Source of the DNA: a virus
Taxonomy: Duplodnaviria > Caudoviricetes
IMG/VR virus record: IMGVR_UViG_3300049137_000036
Span: 1 to 27,966 of that record
Direction: 5' to 3' (one strand)
DNA length: 27,966 nucleotides
The notes under the pieces are model-generated. The model saw only the letters and a list, made by a program, of their open reading frames with translations, did no database searches and had not been told where the DNA came from. The position numbers and the translations under genes were made by a program. Numbering within the stretch: the first letter of the stretch is position 1; every line of letters begins with the position of its first letter. This document shows, in pieces, positions 24,928 through 27,966 of the stretch.

Positions 24928-25287
24928 ATGACAGAGGTAGAGATGATGCAGCAGGTCGTGGCAATCCTCACCCAGACGCGGGAGATATCCGACAACCTAG
25001 AGGACATCGACGAGGACTCCGATGTCAGCGAGGCGAGCTTGCGGGCGGGCGAACTCATCGCCGAGGTGCTGCGTGTCGATGGCATCACCATCTCGGACCC
25101 CCACCCGCAGGCCGTGTCCGATGCAGTGATGGCCGCCCTTCAGCCGCGAGTGGGCCTGTTGGCTGCCAGCTTCATCGCCGCTTTTACACGGCTGGCCATG
25201 GTCCACGACAACGGGGAGGCCACCTCCTCAGCCGACGTGCTCCGTGATTTGGCGTTGGAGTGGGCGATGACCGAGGAGGACGAGTGA
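24928..25287 (+). CDS. Acidic helical hypothetical protein, probably leaderless
   Basis: TAGGCT (24916-24921), 6 nt, ATG; no SD. Confidence 0.65.
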   Translation: MTEVEMMQQVVAILTQTREISDNLEDIDEDSDVSEASLRAGELIAEVLRVDGITISDPHPQAVSDAVMAALQPRVGLLAASFIAAFTRLAMVHDNGEATSSADVLRDLALEWAMTEEDE

Positions 25288-25293
25288 GCAGCG

Positions 25294-25313
25294 GCCCCTC
25301 CTTCGGGAGGGGC
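25294..25313 (+). terminator. cUUCGg hairpin
   Basis: GCCCCTCC-TTCG-GGAGGGGC directly after the stop codon. Confidence 0.6.
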
Positions 25314-25379
25314 GCAGCACTGCGTCCGGTACTACTTACAGCCTGCTTGTAGCTTCGAGCCTTCAAGTAGAAGTCACGC

Positions 25380-25427
25380 ATGAAGTTCCCTGTAGCGCCC
25401 CCGGTTGGGCGGTCGCACTCTCGATAA
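25380..25427 (+). CDS. Candidate 15-aa micropeptide MKFPVAPPVGRSHSR
   Basis: ATG..TAA between two hairpins, preceded by AT-rich promoter-like DNA. Weak support. Confidence 0.25.
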   Translation: MKFPVAPPVGRSHSR

Positions 25428-25440
25428 CATGCCATATCGC

Positions 25441-25470
25441 GGGCCCCCGCTCCTCCTCGGAGCGGGGCCC
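25441..25470. terminator. Hairpin, possibly a bidirectional terminator
   Basis: CCCCGCTCC (25445-25453) pairs with GGAGCGGGG (25459-25467), extended by GGGC/GCCC. Confidence 0.6.
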
Positions 25471-25486
25471 TTCTCCATGGCCAGGC

Positions 25487-25666
25487 TCAGTGATCGTGGC
25501 ACTTGCACCACGAGTCGCCACACAGGTAGCAGCTGGGCTTCCCGTTGCAGCGGTTGCAGCGCTTCGATGTCTCCGCGCAGTACACCGGCTCAGTGTGATG
25601 CTTGACCGCCTCCTCGTTCGTTTCGTCGTAGTCGCGGCGGCACGTGGGCGTGGTGCATGTCGTCAT
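25487..25666 (-). CDS. Cys/His-rich 59-aa metal-binding miniprotein (absent from the ORF track)
   Basis: Hand translation MTTCTTPTCRRDYDETNEEAVKHHTEPVYCAETSKRCNRCNGKPSCYLCGDSWCKCHDH; CACACT-6nt-ATG leaderless signature; GC3-rich; terminator downstream. Confidence 0.65.
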   Translation of the reverse strand: MTTCTTPTCRRDYDETNEEAVKHHTEPVYCAETSKRCNRCNGKPSCYLCGDSWCKCHDH

Positions 25667-25700
25667 GGCGCGAGTGTGGCAGAGCGAGGCCTGGGCGACG

Positions 25701-25816
25701 TGTCCGCAAACGAACGTCTGTCGTCAGCCGCCGCGTCTACTCCGTTTCTGCAGCACAGATATGACGAAAACTCATGTCCTTAACTACGTCGCGCAAACCC
25801 CCCATTGCGCTACGCT
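25701..25816. promoter_or_regulatory. Putative res site and resolvase promoter
   Basis: Degenerate TGWC..AAAC half-sites (25701-25711, 25762-25771, 25775-25784); inverted repeat GCGCAA/TTGCGC (25791-25810); -10 TACGCT (25811-25816). Confidence 0.45.
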
Positions 25817-25822
25817 AAAGCC

Positions 25823-26395
25823 ATGAGAATCGGATACGGGCGGGTCTCCACCCGAGACCAGAACCCCGAAGCGCAGGAGGACGCACTCACGGCCGCCGAC
25901 TGCGATCGCATCTTCGTCGACAAGCTCAGCGGCAAGCTTGCTTCACGGCCCGAGCTGGACAAGGCGCTGTTGTCGGCCCGCGACGGCGACCAGTTCGTGA
26001 TCACCAAGCTGGACCGGCTCGGAAGGTCGCTGAAGAACCTCATCGAGTTGTCCGAGCAACTGCAACAGCAGGGCGTCAGCCTCGTCGTCTTGGACCAGGG
26101 CATCGACACCTCGACACCCGTGGGCCGCATGTTCTTCCACATCCTCGGAGCCATTGCGGAGTTCGAGCACAGCCTGATGGTCGAGAGGACGAAGGAGGGG
26201 CTGGAAGCAGCGAGGGCCCGGGGCCGCCAGGGTGGGCGCAAGCCTGTGCTCCGGAAGCGACAGGTCGAGCTTGCGCAGCAGATGTACGACGAGCTGGGAG
26301 ACGACGGCAAGCGCAAGCACACCGTGCAGGACATCGCCGACGAACTCGGCGTCGCCCGCACCACCATCTACAGGTACCTGGAAAGAGAGAAGTGA
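25823..26395 (+). CDS. Small serine recombinase (resolvase/invertase family)
   Basis: IGYGRVST catalytic Ser, [21 protein letters not shown]-terminal [19 protein letters not shown]; leaderless start. Confidence 0.95.
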   Translation: MRIGYGRVSTRDQNPEAQEDALTAADCDRIFVDKLSGKLASRPELDKALLSARDGDQFVITKLDRLGRSLKNLIELSEQLQQQGVSLVVLDQGIDTSTPVGRMFFHILGAIAEFEHSLMVERTKEGLEAARARGRQGGRKPVLRKRQVELAQQMYDELGDDGKRKHTVQDIADELGVARTTIYRYLEREK

Positions 26396-26396
26396 C

Positions 26397-27290
26397 ATGG
26401 GACGTGAAGTACGCCGAGTACCCCTCGACTTCGACTGGCCGCTCAACAAGGTCTGGGAAGGGTTCCTGAGCCCCGACAAGTTCGACGAGGAGCCGTGCCC
26501 AGACTGCAAGAACGGATACTCGCCGCGCGCCGAGAATCTTTATGACCTCTGGTACGGCAGGCTGCCGTTCGATCCGGCCAGCACCGGCTCGACGCCCTGG
26601 CGGCACGATAGCCCGGCGGTGCGCGCCTTCGCCGAGCGGAACCTCAGTAACGCTCCGGACTACTACGGCGGGGGCGAGATGGCGCTCATGCGTGAGGCGC
26701 AGCGACTCGCCGACCTGTTCAACGAGGGATGGTCGCAGCACCTCGCCCAGGAAGACGTGGACGCCCTTGTCGCTGCGGGTCGACTGCGCGACTTCACCCA
26801 CACCTGGAGCCGCCAAGAGGGCTGGCAGAAGATCGAACCAGCCGTCACGCCCACCGCCGAGCAGGTCAACGAGTGGTCCCTGCGCGGCTTCGGGCACGAC
26901 TGCATCAACGCCAGCGTCGCAATCCGCGCTCGCTGTGAACGTGAGGGCATCGACGACACGTGCCCCACATGCAAGGGGCACGCCAGCCTGGAGAAGTACG
27001 AGGGACAGCGCGCCGAGGCTGAAGCCTGGGAGCCAACCGACCCGCCGAAGGGCGACGGCTGGCAGCTCTGGGAGACCGTGTCTGAGGGGTCCCCGGTCAG
27101 CCCTGTCTTCGCGACGGCCGACGGGCTGGCCGGGTGGATGTCCGACCCGGCGCGCGGCGACCGCTGGGTGCCGGGGGACGTGGCCCGCAAGTTCATCGAC
27201 GACGGCTGGGCTCCGACCGGGGTTGTGACGCCTGGGCGCGGCTACTCGTCAGGCGTCGAAGCCGTCGGCTGGGGTAACAAGGAGGATTGA
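26397..27290 (+). CDS. Phage hypothetical protein with split CxxCxG zinc-finger motifs
   Basis: ATG 1 nt after the resolvase stop; CPDCKNG and CPTCKGH; [18 protein letters not shown] motif. Confidence 0.75.
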   Translation: MGREVRRVPLDFDWPLNKVWEGFLSPDKFDEEPCPDCKNGYSPRAENLYDLWYGRLPFDPASTGSTPWRHDSPAVRAFAERNLSNAPDYYGGGEMALMREAQRLADLFNEGWSQHLAQEDVDALVAAGRLRDFTHTWSRQEGWQKIEPAVTPTAEQVNEWSLRGFGHDCINASVAIRARCEREGIDDTCPTCKGHASLEKYEGQRAEAEAWEPTDPPKGDGWQLWETVSEGSPVSPVFATADGLAGWMSDPARGDRWVPGDVARKFIDDGWAPTGVVTPGRGYSSGVEAVGWGNKED

Positions 27291-27302
27291 CCGCAAGCAG
27301 CA

Positions 27303-27337
27303 CGGCGCCCCGCCCAGGGAAAGTGGGCGGGGCGCCG
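27303..27337 (+). terminator. 14-bp hairpin terminator
   Basis: CGGCGCCCCGCCCA pairs perfectly with TGGGCGGGGCGCCG. Confidence 0.7.
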
Positions 27338-27369
27338 CTGCGTCAGCATAAGGGTGCGGACATGCGAAC

Positions 27370-27397
27370 GCCCCCACAGCCGACCGGCTGTGGGGGC
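27370..27397 (-). terminator. 12-bp hairpin terminator downstream of the 8-aa ORF
   Basis: GCCCCCACAGCC pairs perfectly with GGCTGTGGGGGC; followed by GTTCGC on the minus strand. Confidence 0.65.
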
Positions 27398-27416
27398 ATT
27401 CTGCTGTCCACGGGGC

Positions 27417-27443
27417 CTAGCCCCAGCCGCTGTCGTCGCTCAT
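27417..27443 (-). CDS. Candidate 8-aa micropeptide MSDDSGWG
   Basis: GGGGAGGGAAC-ATG AGC GAC GAC AGC GGC TGG GGC TAG; all codons end in G/C; in-frame TGA upstream; own promoter and terminator. Confidence 0.5.
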   Translation of the reverse strand: MSDDSGWG

Positions 27444-27533
27444 GTTCCCTCCCCATGTTCAGGTGCGGCCCGCCGAGCGCCCAGAAGGGCCCCGCCCCGA
27501 AGGTCGGTTGCGAACTTGACGGGCCGCGCAGCT

Positions 27534-27563
27534 ACGGTAAGCCGTCCTTCGCTCCGTTGTCAG
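27534..27563 (-). promoter_or_regulatory. Sigma70/HrdB-like promoter for the micropeptide unit
   Basis: Minus strand: CTGACA (27563-27558), 18 nt, TACCGT (27539-27534). Confidence 0.45.
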
Positions 27564-27589
27564 CCCCTCGCGCCTCTCGACGGAGGGGC
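27563..27589 (-). terminator. Hairpin downstream of the minus-strand gene
   Basis: GCCCCTC (27563-27569) pairs with GAGGGGC (27583-27589). Confidence 0.4.
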
Positions 27590-27598
27590 GTTCGCACG

Positions 27599-27823
27599 TC
27601 ACGCCGCGTCCCACTGGTGAGCGCGGCCGCCGCGCCATTCAATCCAGGTCGGGTCGTCGATGATCCGCTCTGGGTCGAGGATGCCCGCAGCCTCGAGGAA
27701 CACGACCAGGTCGTGGTCGCTGTGGGCGAGGCCGAGGATTTCGTCGCGGCCCTGCCGTCGCACGGTGACGCGCCGGCCGCCGGTGGAGGACAGCCGGTGG
27801 ACGACGATTGGCGCGCTATCCAT
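27599..27823 (-). CDS. Hypothetical protein (74 aa), probably leaderless
   Basis: MDSAPIVVHRLSSTGGRRVTV...ILGLAHSDHDLVVFLEAAG...WIEWRGG; CACGAT-6nt-ATG. Confidence 0.7.
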   Translation of the reverse strand: MDSAPIVVHRLSSTGGRRVTVRRQGRDEILGLAHSDHDLVVFLEAAGILDPERIIDDPTWIEWRGGRAHQWDAA

Positions 27824-27883
27824 GGATCCATCGTGCCCCTGGTCGCCGCTCACAGCAGCCCGGCCCCGTCTACGCTCGACCCG

Positions 27884-27966
27884 GTGAGCACCGACGCCAT
27901 CCCCGATCCCACCCCTGCCCGCCCGTGGTCGCCCGACGACGGGCCGGAGCCGAAGGTCACGACGTG
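27884..27966 (+). CDS. Hypothetical protein, 3'-truncated (MSTDAIPDPTPARPWSPDDGPEPKVTT...)
   Basis: TACGCT-7nt-GTG; frame is open to the window end. Confidence 0.5.
   Translation, partial: MSTDAIPDPTPARPWSPDDGPEPKVTT

Noticed and set aside
25490-25783. 97-aa + strand hydrophobic ORF
   Set aside because: Antisense in-register shadow of the Cys-rich minus-strand ORF, with poor GC3 and no RBS.
27343-27456. Alternative minus-strand ORF from ATG 27456 (MGREHERRQRLG...)
   Set aside because: No SD, runs through the terminator hairpin and contains a TTA codon. The 8-aa frame has the SD.
27465-27527. SAM-I-like riboswitch (GUCAAG...GCAACC...GGGGC)
   Set aside because: Lacks the P2 kink-turn/pseudoknot arm and the conserved AUC/GAU P1 core; the resemblance is superficial.
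25290-27600. tRNA gene or att site in the accessory arm
   Set aside because: No cloverleaf with a T-loop was found, no recognisable att core, and there is no integrase in the window.

Overview
High-GC actinobacterial (Streptomyces-like) temperate siphovirus segment, either a prophage or a phage-plasmid. It holds an almost complete late region on the + strand: HTH gene, moron-like gene, packaging HNH, putative cos region, small and large terminase, a small Sm-like ORF, portal fused to a MuF-like domain, HK97-type protease and capsid, head-tail connectors, major tail with an Ig domain, frameshifting tail chaperones, an inserted HNH endonuclease, tape measure with an NlpC/P60-like domain, minor tail genes, a beta-helix tailspike and an amidase/holin/membrane/collagen-like lysis cassette. 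An accessory arm follows, with several apparently leaderless genes, a serine resolvase and unannotated micro-ORFs. Most notable observations: (1) an apparently self-contained transcription unit for an 8-aa peptide (MSDDSGWG) with promoter, structured leader, RBS and terminator; (2) a candidate programmed -1 frameshift at the portal/MuF junction; (3) an HNH gene with a PafBC-type promoter next to an anomalously A/T-coded tape measure 5' end; (4) a multi-target RNA switch upstream of the tail chaperone genes; (5) an Sm-fold-like gene between terminase and portal. All calls come from reading the sequence and recalling motifs; no database searches or folding computations were run.
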